A stretch of 64,000 nt of DNA from Patellaria atrata CBS 101060. Lineage: Eukaryota. The translations under genes and the position numbers were made by a program. The notes beneath the pieces were generated by a model that was given only the letters and a program-made list of their open reading frames with translations, was not told the origin of the DNA and did no database searches. Of this stretch, positions 39,598-52,705 are shown in pieces (the first letter of the stretch is position 1; each line of letters opens with the position of its first letter). The stretch is from positions 549,373-613,372 of the forward strand of contig MU006105.1 in assembly GCA_010093705.1 (NCBI GenBank), given 5' to 3'.

Positions 39598-41911
39598 CTA
39601 GTGAGTGACTCCTTCGAAAGAGGGATCCTTGACACTTCCACCCGCATCACCAAGACCTGCGACAGGTCGATTATAAGACCAACCAGCGAATTGTTGTTGC
39701 ATCGTCTGAGAGAGCATTGGACCCTCAACGTATGAGTCGGTGGGAGCTTCTGAAGTGAATTCTCTATCAAAGTTTGCAGTGTCTCGCTGATCAAGCTGTA
39801 TACCTATTAGAAACCGAACAAGGAGCGACTGGGAAATATTGGATACATACGACACTAGGTTTGAAGCTTGGTTCATACTTCCGCTCCAGAAGCTTCCTCC
39901 AATCAATGCTGTGGAAGAAGTAATGCGCTTTGATCTCGGCAGCACCATTTGCACCCAAGCGTTTGTCCGCATTGCGGTCGAGCAGTCTTGTCAAAAGATC
40001 TCGTGCAGCGGGTGGAACAATCTCCGGACCTGGGAAATGCAATGGCTCGGTAAGAATCTTCCTGTACATGTCGTTCGTATTTTCATCGTAAAAGGGTGGT
40101 AGACCGGTCAACATCTCGTATAGGAGAACACCAAGTGTCCACCAGTCGACCGTTTTCGTGTAGCCACCACCAGTGAGAAGCTCAGGAGCAAGATATTCAG
40201 GAGTACCACAGAAGGCTGAGTTAGGGTTAGAAATATTCTAGTCTCGAAAGGGTGGGCGGTTCTTACTGTTTGTCCTATCCTCGTCTTTCATGTCGAGCTT
40301 ACATAGACCAAAATCACACAGCGCAATGTGTCCTGTATAATCCAAGAGGATATTTTCAGGTTTAAGATCACGGTAAATGACGTTGAAGCCATGAAGACAT
40401 TCTAGAGCACACAATAGCTCTGCCGCATAGAATCGTGCACGATTGATATCGAACCGTTGCTCCTTTTGGAGATGATGGAATAATTCTCCACCGTTGACAA
40501 ATGCTAAAACTAAGTAAAGCTTCTCAGGTGACTGGAATGAGAATTTAAGTGGTACGATAAAAGGGTTGTTGATCTGTGCAAGAACAGAACGTTCTGCAAG
40601 GGTATGTGCAACTTCAGATCGAGAAATGATATGCGCTTTGCGAATCGTCTTTAAAGCGTATATCCGGTGTGTATCACGTTTCCTAGTCGCATAAGTCTTG
40701 ATCAGGGGTCAAAGGTGAAACACACTTACTGTACTTGCATAACCTTACCAAAGCTTCCTTTACCCACCACTTTGAGTAATTCGAAATCCTCAATCTTGAG
40801 AGATTTCTGTCGGTTCTCCACAAAGTTTACACCCACCTTGATAGTTCCAGTGCCATAGGAAATGCTAACCCAATCAGTCCCAATTTGACCAAGCTGTTTC
40901 TCCTGATCAGCTGCCTTCTCTTTCTCCTTCTTACTTTGTTTCGTCTCTATACCTTGCTGCATCTCTTCGAATCGTGGAGAAACCTTGCAGGTACCGATGA
41001 AGATGTCCTCATTTCGGCCGGCGTTGGGTGAAGCTTGTGGGTTACGGATGTAGAGTGATAGAGTGAGGTCAGTAGTACGGGAAACATCGAATTTGTACTG
41101 TGTATTTTCGCCTGCCCAAAGTGGGTTTTGGGGTGTACCTGATACCGCGTTGATGAAAACCTGCTGCTTATCGAAATCAACCAATGCGTAGGGAAGATGC
41201 TTCGATGAATATCGACCGTGAATAGTAGGTACGGAATTGATCGTGCCTGCTGCAGATTGAGGCCTCATAGAGGAAGAATATGATCCAGCTACTGCCTGTT
41301 GTCGAGATGAAGAGTTAGGTCTCATTGAACCAGCAACAGAAAAACCACCACCAGTTGACATCGATCCTTGGTGATGTCCACCTCCAAATGCGGCTTCCGC
41401 GCCGGGCGGTAATGATAGACCATTGCCCTCATGTAGAGTCACGATAAGGATACCAGGTTTCAACGCGGATGGTGGGGGTGCAGCGTTTGCCTCAGAGGCA
41501 GCTAACAGACGCTTATTAGCGCGTATGTTCTCTAGAAAGCTTTGAAATAACCTAATACCTATGCCATTATCTTTGGAGTCAACACTTGTGGTGCTGCTCG
41601 CAGACGTAGGTGTTGATTTTGAAGCATCAGGAACGATTGTGGAAGTGGAAGATGAGCGGCTGAAGGTGTTGGCTAGAGGGGCCAGGTGGGTTTCCTTTAA
41701 CTCTAATCAAACGTTAGCTGGAAGACTATGAGAGGACCTAAACAGTAGTGATATATGCAAGTAATGAGATGATTGAAGTCCGTCATTGTTTGTTGTAGTC
41801 TAGACATTATGTCCAGAGCCTGAGATAAGCTGGTGCATAAGATCTTGCACTGGTTGCTTCCTATCGCGATTGCACTGACATGTACATACTCTTTGTAAGT
41901 TTCCACGACAT
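39598..41911 (-). CDS. YPK1: AGC-family Ser/Thr kinase Ypk1/Gad8
   Basis: MSWKLTKK first exon, C2-like region, VVGKGSFGKV, YRDLKPENIL, DFG, FCGTPEYLAPE and hydrophobic motif FAGWSY; five introns. Confidence 0.96.
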
Positions 41912-42572
41912 AATGTGTAATGTGGAGTGAAGTGTTTACGAAGACGAGCGCAGGTGTCTAGCTAGATGTACCCCTCAGCGGATGTGGAAGCTGAGCTGAG
42001 CCGTTCGTGCAGCTCTAGAGAGGTAATGCAAGCGAGACGAGGAAGATAGTACAAGCTTCCTCACTTGGTGAGTATTGTGAGAAGGAGGAAAGAAGAAGGA
42101 ATTTGTTTTGAGAGGTGTCGGAGAAAGGAAAGGGTGAGAAAGTAGAAAATAATATTACGAGGGTTTGACTTCAAGTGTTGCGTCCCCCAGTTTCGGTTCT
42201 AAGCCTCACAACGCCGATCCGCTACGGCTGATCTTGGCATTCACCTTTCGGGGGGCGGGGAGTAAACAGGAGGACAAAGCTTTTGCAGAACTTGCAAACA
42301 GAACCAAAGCCCTCAACACATGCATGAATAATCAATCAATCATCGACGACATGCAACTCATCCCAACGCGACGGATACTATCGAGCTGAATACCTTATTC
42401 TTGTCGCGGAGGCCATATTTGAACTAAGGGTTCACTGTCATCATCTTTCACTTACTTTGGAATAGATCGTATCCGCCGCACAAGCGCGCGCTCTTCGCTG
42501 AGCGACGCATTGACCTCAGTGGTGTGTTTTTGACGCTCGTCGGTGGGGCAACCAAGTCCCTAAAACTTCAAT

Positions 42573-44172
42573 ATGGGCGTAATCAAGAAGAAGACACTGG
42601 CGCGGGGTTCTGAGGGCGGTGTGAAATATGTCTGCGACGTTTGTTCTGCCGATATCACATCAACGGTGAGTGCCAAGACTCAATCAGAGTGATGGTTATT
42701 CATTCACTTAGAGTTATCTCTAACATTGATAACAGGTTCGGATACGATGCGCCAACCCTATATGCAACGAATATGACCTTTGCGTACCTTGCTTCTCCCA
42801 TGGAAAAACATCTCGAGATCATGACCCACGTACTCACTCATATCAAGTTATTGAGCAACATTCGATACCCATATTTACAGAGGACTGGGGTGCAGATGAG
42901 GAATTAGCACTTCTAGAAGGAGCTGAAACATACGGACTAGGATCGTGGGCGGATATAGCCGATCATATCGGGGGTATGAGAACGAAAGATGAAGTACGAG
43001 ATCATTACTATGAGACGTACATTGGAAGTTCAAAATTTCCTCTACCGGAACGTGCAAGTCCCCGCGACAATACCCTGAGTGAGCAAATTCCACGTGAGGA
43101 GTTCCAGGCCAGAAAGAAAAGGCGGATAGAGAAGCGGAAGGAAGATGCCAAAAACGCACCGTTAGCAACTCCTAAGACCAAACCTACGACAAGTGTTCCT
43201 TCATGCCACGAAGTCCAAGGCTATATGCCCGCCCGCCTTGAATTTGAAACGGAATACTTCAACGATGCTGAAGAAGCCGTACAACACATGCAATTCGATC
43301 CAGGTGACGGTATCAACCCTAGGACGGGCGAGATGGAACCAGATATGGAACTCAAGATGAGGATAATGGAGATCTATAACCACCGGCTCACTGCTAGAAT
43401 CGAACGTAAAAAAGTCATATTTGAGCACGAACTTCTCGAGTATAAGCGGAATACAGCCATCGAAAAGAAACGAAGCAAAGAAGAACGAGAATTGATGAAT
43501 AAAACCAAGCCTTTTGCTGGACTTTTGAGACATAAAGATTTTGTCGATTTCACTCAGGGTATTGAACGTGAACACGAGTTACGTGTTGCTATTGCTCGTC
43601 TACAGGAATGGAGGACCATGCAAATAGGTGATCTCAAAGCTGGTGAGAAGTATGAGCAAGAGAAGCAACAAAGAGCTCTTCGAGGACCTCCACTTGGCGC
43701 ATTTGATCGTTTAGCTTCAAACCGCCTCAACAAGCCGACACCACCGGTAGATGGGCCATTCTCAACCTCAGCACTTACTGCACCAGATCTCCCGGTACGT
43801 TTACAAAGTGGCTTACAGACACCTCCAGATTCTGTATCTCCAGCCTCTGGAAATGGCGCCACCAACGGTCAGATCCCACACCGACCAAAGTTCCCCATTC
43901 AACCCCTACCGAATACAACTGCTCTAAAATTCAATGACGAAAATTCGGCAGATCTTCAACTCCTCACTTCCGATGAGAAGGAGGTGTGCTCCAACTTACG
44001 ACTTGCTCCCAAGGCATACTTGGCCCTTAAGGAACTCACCCTGAAAGAAGCCATGAAGAACGGTGGCATCATGAAGCGGAAAGCAATGAGGGAGTTTCTT
44101 AAGGTTGATCTCGTCAAGGTTGGTAAACTGTATGATTTTTTTGTTTGGTGTGGATGGATTGCTAAAGGTTAA
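42573..44172 (+). CDS. ADA2: SAGA/ADA transcriptional adaptor Ada2
   Basis: MGVIKKK...[13 protein letters not shown] (ZZ finger), intron 42666-42735, [47 protein letters not shown] and a C-terminal SWIRM region. Confidence 0.96.
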
Positions 44173-44728
44173 ATGGGTGGTGGATTCTGTACATGATACC
44201 CTGTAGGATTCAGTCAGGAGTTATGGGCATCAAATGGCCGGCTTCAGTTGGATTATGTTTAACCGAATATTCTGATCGGTTACTTATTCTTTTTTTGATT
44301 TGCGCATTAACTGCTCAAGTAACATAGATTAAAATACTTGTGCTCTACTCTATATCCCTCAGTATTGTGTATTGGTAGATTTATGTGAAGTCGGCACGGC
44401 GGGGTTTCGGGATGCCGTAGATAGGCGCGCGAGTTGACCAAGCTCGCATTGGCTAACCGAGAAGTAAACAGGCAACCTCAACACCGCAAACAACCAACTC
44501 CATTAACCTACATTTAATCCGTCGCACACCATACCATCATAGATAAATCTTCACTATAATTAGCTTACTCTCTTTATTATACCCCATCTGTGCCACTCTC
44601 TTTGCGATTCACATTCATCATTTACCGCCGACAGCTCAAGTTAAAGCTACCCTATCTGTCAAACAGCTTCCCCGCAAACAATCCTCCGCACTCCTCACTC
44701 CACATCCACAACATCCACAACATCGGCC

Positions 44729-45964
44729 ATGGCCATCCCCATAGCGAGTTCCTATACCAGTGCTCTCCCCTCAAACCAGCCCATGCGGCTCGGTTCTCGC
44801 TCGGACGTCTTTCGACCTCCTCGCACTCCCTCATACAGCGCATCAACTCCCTCCACGGGTAGTAGTCGCAAGCGTTCAAGACATCAATCGAATAACAGCT
44901 ACGGTAATGGAGGCGGTTATTTTGCAACTCCGCACGACGAAATCCCCCGAAGCGTCGATGCTGCGAGCCCGGTTCCGTTCGTCAATACACGATACACACT
45001 TGCTGGAGGCCTAGATACACCAGGTGTAGTCGCACAGGGTAGTTTCGACGCGGACGAGGATGCCGATGATGAAGGAGAATTTAGGAAAGGGCAATGGAGC
45101 AGTGGAAGAAACAATGGTGCGCTTTTCACATCACCAAATGACGGACGACAACGGATAGGTGATAGCTTGGGCAAACTCGTTGTCGGTCTGGTCGGAGGTG
45201 TAATTGGGGGAGTAGGTAAGGCTTGGGACTTCTGCACTGGTAACGCTTTCCGCGGTTTCTACGCAGGCGGTGGGAGAGGGTACGACATGCCCCACTCCCG
45301 ACCACAAACCCAGGACTCGGACAGCCTATGGCAAGACGTCCCTGAAACACCCGGTCCATCCAGATTCGACCGAGATCTGACGCCAGTCCCTGGCCGTTTT
45401 CCAGAAGAGGATGATTTTGGCGTCAGATCGATAGAAGAAACTCCCATGCGTCCGCCTGCGAAACGGCAGCATACAGAGACAAACGGATCAGGATGGGTTG
45501 TGGTGAACAGGGAGGATCGAGCATCGAGTCCAAGGTTATCAAGCCGGAAAGTACCTACACTCAGCTCCTTTGAGAACCTTAGTCCAAGACGGAACTCGCA
45601 AATACCCCGTCCCGCACACTCCCGTACTGCTAGCCGCAAGTCTCTTCTCCCCGTCTCACGGCGAACATCTTCATATACATCCGCGCCATCGTTAATGGTT
45701 GAGAGGAGATTGTCATACGGAGCACCTAAATCAGCGGGAACGAGTCCGAGCAAGCAGAGTCCGATGTCCGAAGAGGCGAAGAGGTATCTGGCTAAGATGA
45801 GGAGAGAGGAGAAGGAGACGGATGAGAGTATCAGAAAGTTCGGCGCGAAATTAAGTGCTATGATCAAGGAAGGGAAACAAGCGCTGGGGACAAAGGTGGA
45901 AGTGGAGGATGATAATGATGATGGAAATGAGGGATATTTCGGGACGGCGAACGGGAGGTGGTGA
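44729..45964 (+). CDS. Hypothetical protein (411 aa), mostly disordered with a C-terminal coiled coil
   Basis: Long intact ORF with islands YTLAGGLDTP, WDFC..AFRGFYAGGG.GY and LSAMIKEGKQALG. Confidence 0.8.
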   Translation: MAIPIASSYTSALPSNQPMRLGSRSDVFRPPRTPSYSASTPSTGSSRKRSRHQSNNSYGNGGGYFATPHDEIPRSVDAASPVPFVNTRYTLAGGLDTPGVVAQGSFDADEDADDEGEFRKGQWSSGRNNGALFTSPNDGRQRIGDSLGKLVVGLVGGVIGGVGKAWDFCTGNAFRGFYAGGGRGYDMPHSRPQTQDSDSLWQDVPETPGPSRFDRDLTPVPGRFPEEDDFGVRSIEETPMRPPAKRQHTETNGSGWVVVNREDRASSPRLSSRKVPTLSSFENLSPRRNSQIPRPAHSRTASRKSLLPVSRRTSSYTSAPSLMVERRLSYGAPKSAGTSPSKQSPMSEEAKRYLAKMRREEKETDESIRKFGAKLSAMIKEGKQALGTKVEVEDDNDDGNEGYFGTANGRW

Positions 45965-47415
45965 TGATGACGATGGACTACCTTTCGTATTTGACTGTGT
46001 CAATGGAGTTCTGCTTTGGGGGTTCTCTTTCGTTGTTGATGTTTGTCTTGCGGGTGATTTATTGCGATGCTTGGCGGTTGCTTTGATACCCCTACTTCAC
46101 AGTACTTACTTACCTACGTACTTTGCTTACCTCTTGCATCCTCAGATGCCGATCAAGCCGGAGATACGTCATTTGAATGTTGGCAGTGGGTCTGTACCTT
46201 CGTTACAGGCGTGTTGGGATGTAGTGTACAGTACAATATTCACATATTACAAGTCTCAGGTTCCGGTTCTACATTGCCGTTATTGTACGATTTTATGGAT
46301 GGTTAAGGTAACTAGAAAATGCGGTATGCAGAATCATCCGATCTGGAGAACAAACGCACCGCGAAAATGGGCAATGTGCTTGTTTAATGTATCGCAAGTG
46401 TATTTCAGGATATTTTTACCTACTCTTCTACGTCCCGTTCAAACCTCTACGAGAACTACTCAAAAAACTATAGACACCGTAGTATGGTAGATTCGCAAAG
46501 CGACGTATTTCACCTTCAACCAGCTATCCATCATACTCCTCTCCCCCGGTGGTTCTTCCCGTCATCTCATATAACCTCGAGCAGAAACCTGTACTATCGG
46601 CCCAACCCGAACCCTGACATCAAACTCGCCACACCCAAGCAAGACGGAAAGACAACAAAAACAGGAAATGTAACGTCGGGTCATTCAAATCACACTTGGT
46701 GGCGGGCTGGGGTATGACACGCGAGCAGCCCTTTGCTGCATACGAGGGTTGCTCGGCTGGTGGGTTGCAGTATTTACCTGCTTTGTTTGGATTGAGGCTG
46801 AGGTGAGGTGGGGTAGTTCTAGTTCTATCGTACTGGGTTGGCTAAGTAATTTTTTTTTTTTAATTTTTTTTCAATTTTTTTTTGGAGATGTGTTGGTTTG
46901 GGGCTGTTTTTAAGGGGCTTGTTCAGCTTTAAGGGGTTTGTTCAGTTTCCTTTGAGTTGTTTGGATGCGTTATCTTCTTGAGGGATGAGTGAGTCGTGAG
47001 TTTAGAGAGATATCGAAGTATTTCGAGGTTCATAATCTTTCGTTTACTTATCGATAACTTTAATCAGGCGACCCCCATCGCTTCCCCGCACCCAAAACTT
47101 CAGCTGGAGGGGTAATAGGGGGGTTTTGGGGGGGTTTGGGGGGGCGTATACCACCCAGGGAAATACCTTAAAATTCATCAACTTGAATGAAAGGAACGAT
47201 AACAGTATAGCAGTAGTTATTGCTTTATGTACTCTCGTCTATGATATATTACAGCCACAACACCAATATACCGGCACAGACTTTACCAAAGTAGTATACA
47301 CGGCAGAAGTGAGCCGCTTCCTGTGCAGAAAAGGTCGTTATCATGCACGCTCGATGCATGATTCCATCCCAGCTGATTGTTTTCTGATGCATTGCCAATC
47401 TTAGCCAACTTGCCT

Positions 47416-47548
47416 GGTTATTACTTGGTTATTACTTGGTTACTACTTGGTTACTGCTTGGTTACTGCTTGGTTACTGCTTGGTTACTGCTTGGTTACTG
47501 CTTGGTTACTGCTTGGTTACTACTTGGGCACTACTTGGGCACTACTTG
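47416..47548. repeat. 11-bp minisatellite (GGTTACTGCTT) x about 12
   Basis: Direct tandem array read from the sequence, with variant units at both ends. Confidence 0.97.
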
Positions 47549-47988
47549 CGTACAAGTACCCCTTAGTGCTTCTCTTTGCTTGTACGCCGGTTTTTACGTG
47601 CCTGAGCCAGAAGGTCGAGCTCTTAAGCCACCATGAGCTCCTTGCATACCCCCATCATCGATCGAGGAAAGGAACAAGTGGAACTACCCATATCTGCGCC
47701 TCTCCCCCCCTCCTGTCGCCCGAGGCAGCTTTTGAATAACTTTTTCTAAATCTTTCACCCTGTTCTCGCGTGTCTCTCTGTTCAAAGCTCTCAGAGCTCT
47801 CTTACCTCTCAAAACTATTCGATACCTTCTGTTACAAGGGTATATCTCTCGTTATATAGTCCTCTATCAGCTCTCGTGGTCCTATCACATGTGAAACTGT
47901 TCAACATCCCACCCCAGCCAAATTTTCCCAAAAAGAAAGGGATTTTACAAACAAATCAACGACGACCGGGGACAACACGCGAAACACC

Positions 47989-48778
47989 ATGACGTGCAAC
48001 ATCACCAACACACCCCACAACATCGAGCCCCTCCCCCTCTACCGCCGCCACGCCGAGGACCCCGAAACCGCCTCGATCCTCTCCTCCGCGCCCTCCTACG
48101 TCTCCGAAGCCCCAACCTACACCTCGCGCCGCACGAGCTCCGTCCTCAACCCCCCGGCGGCCCCTATGACCCAACACCACCCCAACCACACCTCTCCCAA
48201 CCTCACCTCCCGGGGACCACCACGCCAAGGCCTCCCCGCCGCAAACTACGCCCCCGGCTTCACCAACCGCGCCCACGGCTCCGTCGGCGAGATAGAGGCC
48301 CATATGTACAACATCAGTCACTGGAGCAGCATCACGACGTCCGCGAACTCGCGCCAATACCACGCCGTCGCGCGTCGGCGTGTGAACCAAGCCACCACCA
48401 CCTCGTCCAGCCCCAGCAACACCGCCGCATTGCTTAACTCCCTCACTTCGCCCGCTGCTCCTGTGCCATCTCTCCCATCCTCTCCTTCGTCCAGTGACCC
48501 CCAGACCCGCAGTGGCACGTCACAAAACGCCCTACAGAGCGTAAGCGAAGAACACCCCTCCAACCCACTCGAGGACCCCTATCTCGTCGGCGAGCAAGCG
48601 GCGAAACGGGCAAGACAGCAGAGGATTTATAGAGAGATGTGTTTGAGAGGGGACCAGGCGGTGCGGAATGAGTCCAAGGCGTGGGATTTTATGGTCGGCC
48701 AGATGGAGGATTGGGAGGAGAGGGAACGGGCTTGGAGGAGGTTTAGGGGAGAGGCGAGGGGGAAGGGGTTGAGGGGGC
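47989..48778 (+). CDS. Hypothetical protein, 3' end lost in assembly gap
   Basis: Open frame of more than 260 codons with C-rich codon usage; PLEDPYLVGEQAA...ESKAWDFMVGQMEDWEER. Confidence 0.75.
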
Positions 48779-49493
48779 NNNNNNNNNNNNNNNNNNNNNN
48801 NNNNNNNNNNNNNNNNNNNNNNNNNNNNNNNNNNNNNNNNNNNNNNNNNNNNNNNNNNNNNNNNNNNNNNNNNNNNNNNNNNNNNNNNNNNNNNNNNNNN
48901 NNNNNNNNNNNNNNNNNNNNNNNNNNNNNNNNNNNNNNNNNNNNNNNNNNNNNNNNNNNNNNNNNNNNNNNNNNNNNNNNNNNNNNNNNNNNNNNNNNNN
49001 NNNNNNNNNNNNNNNNNNNNNNNNNNNNNNNNNNNNNNNNNNNNNNNNNNNNNNNNNNNNNNNNNNNNNNNNNNNNNNNNNNNNNNNNNNNNNNNNNNNN
49101 NNNNNNNNNNNNNNNNNNNNNNNNNNNNNNNNNNNNNNNNNNNNNNNNNNNNNNNNNNNNNNNNNNNNNNNNNNNNNNNNNNNNNNNNNNNNNNNNNNNN
49201 NNNNNNNNNNNNNNNNNNNNNNNNNNNNNNNNNNNNNNNNNNNNNNNNNNNNNNNNNNNNNNNNNNNNNNNNNNNNNNNNNNNNNNNNNNNNNNNNNNNN
49301 NNNNNNNNNNNNNNNNNNNNNNNNNNNNNNNNNNNNNNNNNNNNNNNNNNNNNNNNNNNNNNNNNNNNNNNNNNNNNNNNNNNNNNNNNNNNNNNNNNNN
49401 NNNNNNNNNNNNNNNNNNNNNNNNNNNNNNNNNNNNNNNNNNNNNNNNNNNNNNNNNNNNNNNNNNNNNNNNNNNNNNNNNNNNNNNNNNNNN
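48779..49493. other. Assembly gap (N run)
   Basis: Continuous n characters. Confidence 1.
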
Positions 49494-50293
49494 CTTCCTC
49501 CATCCTCCTTTCCTTCCACAATCCTCCACCTATCCAACCATGCTATGCTATGCTATGCCGTGGTTTCAAGCGACTGCCTATTGGACAGCTCAGTTGGGGC
49601 CCTACCATTGTCGTCTATCCTCGCCTTGTCTGGGAAGCGAGAGTGAGAGTGAGAGACGGAGAGACTTTGCGATAAGTGGGTTATTGGAACCGGGTTTTGG
49701 GGGTGGCGGAGGTGGGGGATGTTGAGATGGTGGAACATTGGGTGTTGGACGAAGTGGAGGAATATTGGGTCGCTTTGGGAGGATAGAATGGTAGGGATAG
49801 GGGGATATAGTGGGGATGGTGGGGATTATCATGGCGAGGTTGAGGAGGGCGAGGTGAGGTGGTGAACTGGACTGAGGTGAAGTGAGGTCAGTTGAAGACC
49901 ATCACCGCAGCTGAGTACGGGGTGATGTGAAGTGTCAGTATCACACCCACAGCATCAAAGACACTCGGTCAGTTGGTCAGTCAAGTCCAATCCATTCAAT
50001 CCATTACATCCCCCGACTCCAATCACGGCTTTGAAGCTTTCGACTCGCCTCCTCTGCTCCCAATGAGCTTTCGGTCTTGGATGTTAATATCGCTAGGTGG
50101 TTCGATTGTACCCAAAACTCAACTTCGCAATGCTCAATTTTGATTCCTTAACCAGGTAGCTCTTTAGTTGTGAGGGTTGGTTTTGTAGTTAAGGGGAAGG
50201 GATAGGGTGGTTGATATATATATAGTAGTGAGTTTGTAACGTACTGTATCTGCAGTATAATGGAGTTGCGGTGAAGGAGTTGAGGGAGGGGGG

Positions 50294-51517
50294 AAGAGGA
50301 ATGATGTAGCAGATAAACTGGCTAAGAAAGGACTGGAACGCAAGCCTATAGGCACTTCATTCACTTCACTTAGTCATATCAAACGAAAATTCAAAGAGAA
50401 GATTCTATCTGATTGGAAAAAGAATTGGAAGCTAATAGAAAGAAACAAGGGAAACATTATATGCGCATCTGTAGAGACCGGGTGCATTTCTCACTTAGTA
50501 TACCTAAGTCTAATTTACAGAAAAAGATCTAAGCGGCTTACATCGTACTTAAGACTGGTATTGGATTCTTTAAGTCTTACTCTAAAGTGATTGGAAAAGA
50601 TGAGGAAGGGAAGTGCTTTGGAAACTGCCAATCACTTCAAACACTAACACACCTTATCTTACATTGCTCTAACTACTCTAGAGAACGTAAAGAAATGAGA
50701 AAACTACTCAGGTCAGATCTAACAATGACAAAGCTTTTCTGCACAAAGTTAGGTAAACAAGTGTTACTAAAATATATAGAAAGAACTCAAGTCTCTACTG
50801 CTAGATGGCTAATACATGTGAGATTATACCACTACGGCAAAAGGCCGACCTTAATGCCGAGTTTGGCAGTAAGACTTATATCTGACAATATGTCACGATC
50901 TTGATCTTGCGATCGTAACAGCGGCTTAGGCACGTACGGATTAGCTAGTCGGCCCGAGCCTTGGTAAGCACATAGATATATCTTCCCCTAACCAACATGT
51001 AGATAGCTCCTTAACTTGTTATTCTTCGTCAATAGTAGTATCGTTGTGGTCAGCTCGTATCAGAAGATACTCGCCGTGAAACAATACATGCAGGAGACGT
51101 AAACAGAGTAGAAGAGTAGATTCTACAAAAGATAACTAGATGTATGGCATAGAACTGGAAACCAAGCACCGATGGCAATGAGAGAGAATAGATGCTTCTA
51201 CAATTTCCTTTATACGGATTTTAGAGGTCTTAGCTTTCCTTTGTAAATAATATCAGTGGACTAAGCCACTAGAGACTTCACTAAGTATCGCACCTGACTA
51301 AGCACTCAGTCGGGTATATATGCTGTCCTCCTCCAGTCTCCTCTGGATCAGACACTTCAATCCACATTTCTTCACTTTACATGCCATTACCACCTTACAC
51401 TAAGCATTTGAGGGCCCTGAAAAGGGATTTATGTATATAGGAAGTTGAGCCATAGCTTAAAGGCTGCATGCGCAGTATTGTAGGTAATGCAATACAATGG
51501 AATAAAGAAGAAAAAAA
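50294..51517 (+). mobile_element. 5'-truncated LINE (Tad1/I-group-like; RNase H end, CCHC tail, 3' UTR, poly(A))
   Basis: NDVADKLAKKG (RNase H C-terminus), LKTGIG..KSY and C.GNC...QTLTHLILHC..Y..ER; one frameshift near 50452 and a TAA stop; the ORF ends at 51119 once the LTR is removed. Assigning the A-tail at about 51503-51517 to this element is inferred. Confidence 0.85.
50817..51083. mobile_element. Solo LTR (267 bp) nested in the LINE
   Basis: TGT...ACA termini and a perfect 5-bp TSD ATACA (50812-50816, 51084-51088); removal restores ARWLIHAGDVNRVEE*. Confidence 0.9.
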
Positions 51518-51520
51518 GGG

Positions 51521-51620
51521 NNNNNNNNNNNNNNNNNNNNNNNNNNNNNNNNNNNNNNNNNNNNNNNNNNNNNNNNNNNNNNNNNNNNNNNNNNNNNNNN
51601 NNNNNNNNNNNNNNNNNNNN
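51521..51620. other. Assembly gap (100 N, probably an unknown-size placeholder)
   Basis: Exactly 100 n characters. Confidence 1.
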
Positions 51621-52705
51621 AGGGGGGGTATGTCTCGTCACGTTTGTAAGGTTTAAGCGTATGTTACTTTTTTGCAAGTCATCTTACCCTCTTTACACGT
51701 CACTCTACCGTCTTCATCCGTCACCTTACCGTCTTCATTCATAAAATTAGTGTATCATTCTTAATATCACAACCATCACACCCTCCTGATCACCCCCACT
51801 ATCCCCATCCCTTCCCCTTCCATCACCTGCCCTATTCCTCACCGAACCTGGAGAAAATCGAATAAGCACAGCACGAAAAAGACGAAGCACCCCCCTCTTC
51901 CCTGCTCTCTTCTTTCCTCTCGTCTCTCTTTCTTTCCACAGAATACACTCAGCATAACGTCCTCCGGAGTCCCCTCTCCAGAGTAGCGGCATAGGAAAGT
52001 CATTCTCCGCTGTGGTTGTGGCTGGCGGTATCCAGCTAACACATTTTGTGATTTAACGCAATACCTGTGCATTGGGAGGTGGGAGGGCGGGGGGAAGGGG
52101 AAGGAATAGGAGAGGGGAGGAGATGAAATTGAAGGGTCTCATGGTTGTGGTATTGTGAGGATTGGAGAGGCATTGGGGGACTGGAGGGGACTGGGAGGGA
52201 CTTTGGGGAGGTAGTATTGCTCTCTCTATATGAAGAGCATTATTAAACTATGATGGCATAGTCTGGTTGTTTGAATGAGGAGTAGAGAGTGGAGAGTGGA
52301 GTAGTAGACCTGAAACCCGGGCGCTGTGGCAACTAATGACTTACTGACTTCCATAGCTCCTTCAATCTGTTTGTGGTGAGGTTCTCCTAATGTTTCAAGC
52401 TTATTATTCAACTATTAAGATTATCTTCTGTCCAAGCGAACTCTAGTTGTCTGGATAAAGATAGAAGTGTGAAAAGTGAGGGGAAGAAAGGGGGATTTAT
52501 GTAAAGACTGATCGCATAGCGAATGATGCTGCAGTGTAGTAGACAGCTGATAGGTAGATAGGTTATTTCAGATTACCTCACGCCGCGTCACTTCTCATCA
52601 GCTCCATTCACCGCTCTCCTCCGTTTGTATATAATTCCCTTTCCTCCCTCTATTCACTCTCTTCTCCCTTATCAATATATCCACCTCTGCAGCCACCTGC
52701 TCCAA

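Noticed and set aside
47377..47739. ORF with repeating LLGYCLVTAW, or a CRISPR-like array
   Set aside because: Translation of an 11-bp tandem repeat; no spacers, and a eukaryotic context.
48532..49725. Long ORFs spanning the N gap
   Set aside because: Artefacts of untranslatable N runs.
50090..50115. GGTTCGA T-loop-like motifs here and near 8171 and 63445
   Set aside because: No cloverleaf or A-box could be built around them, so no tRNA was called.
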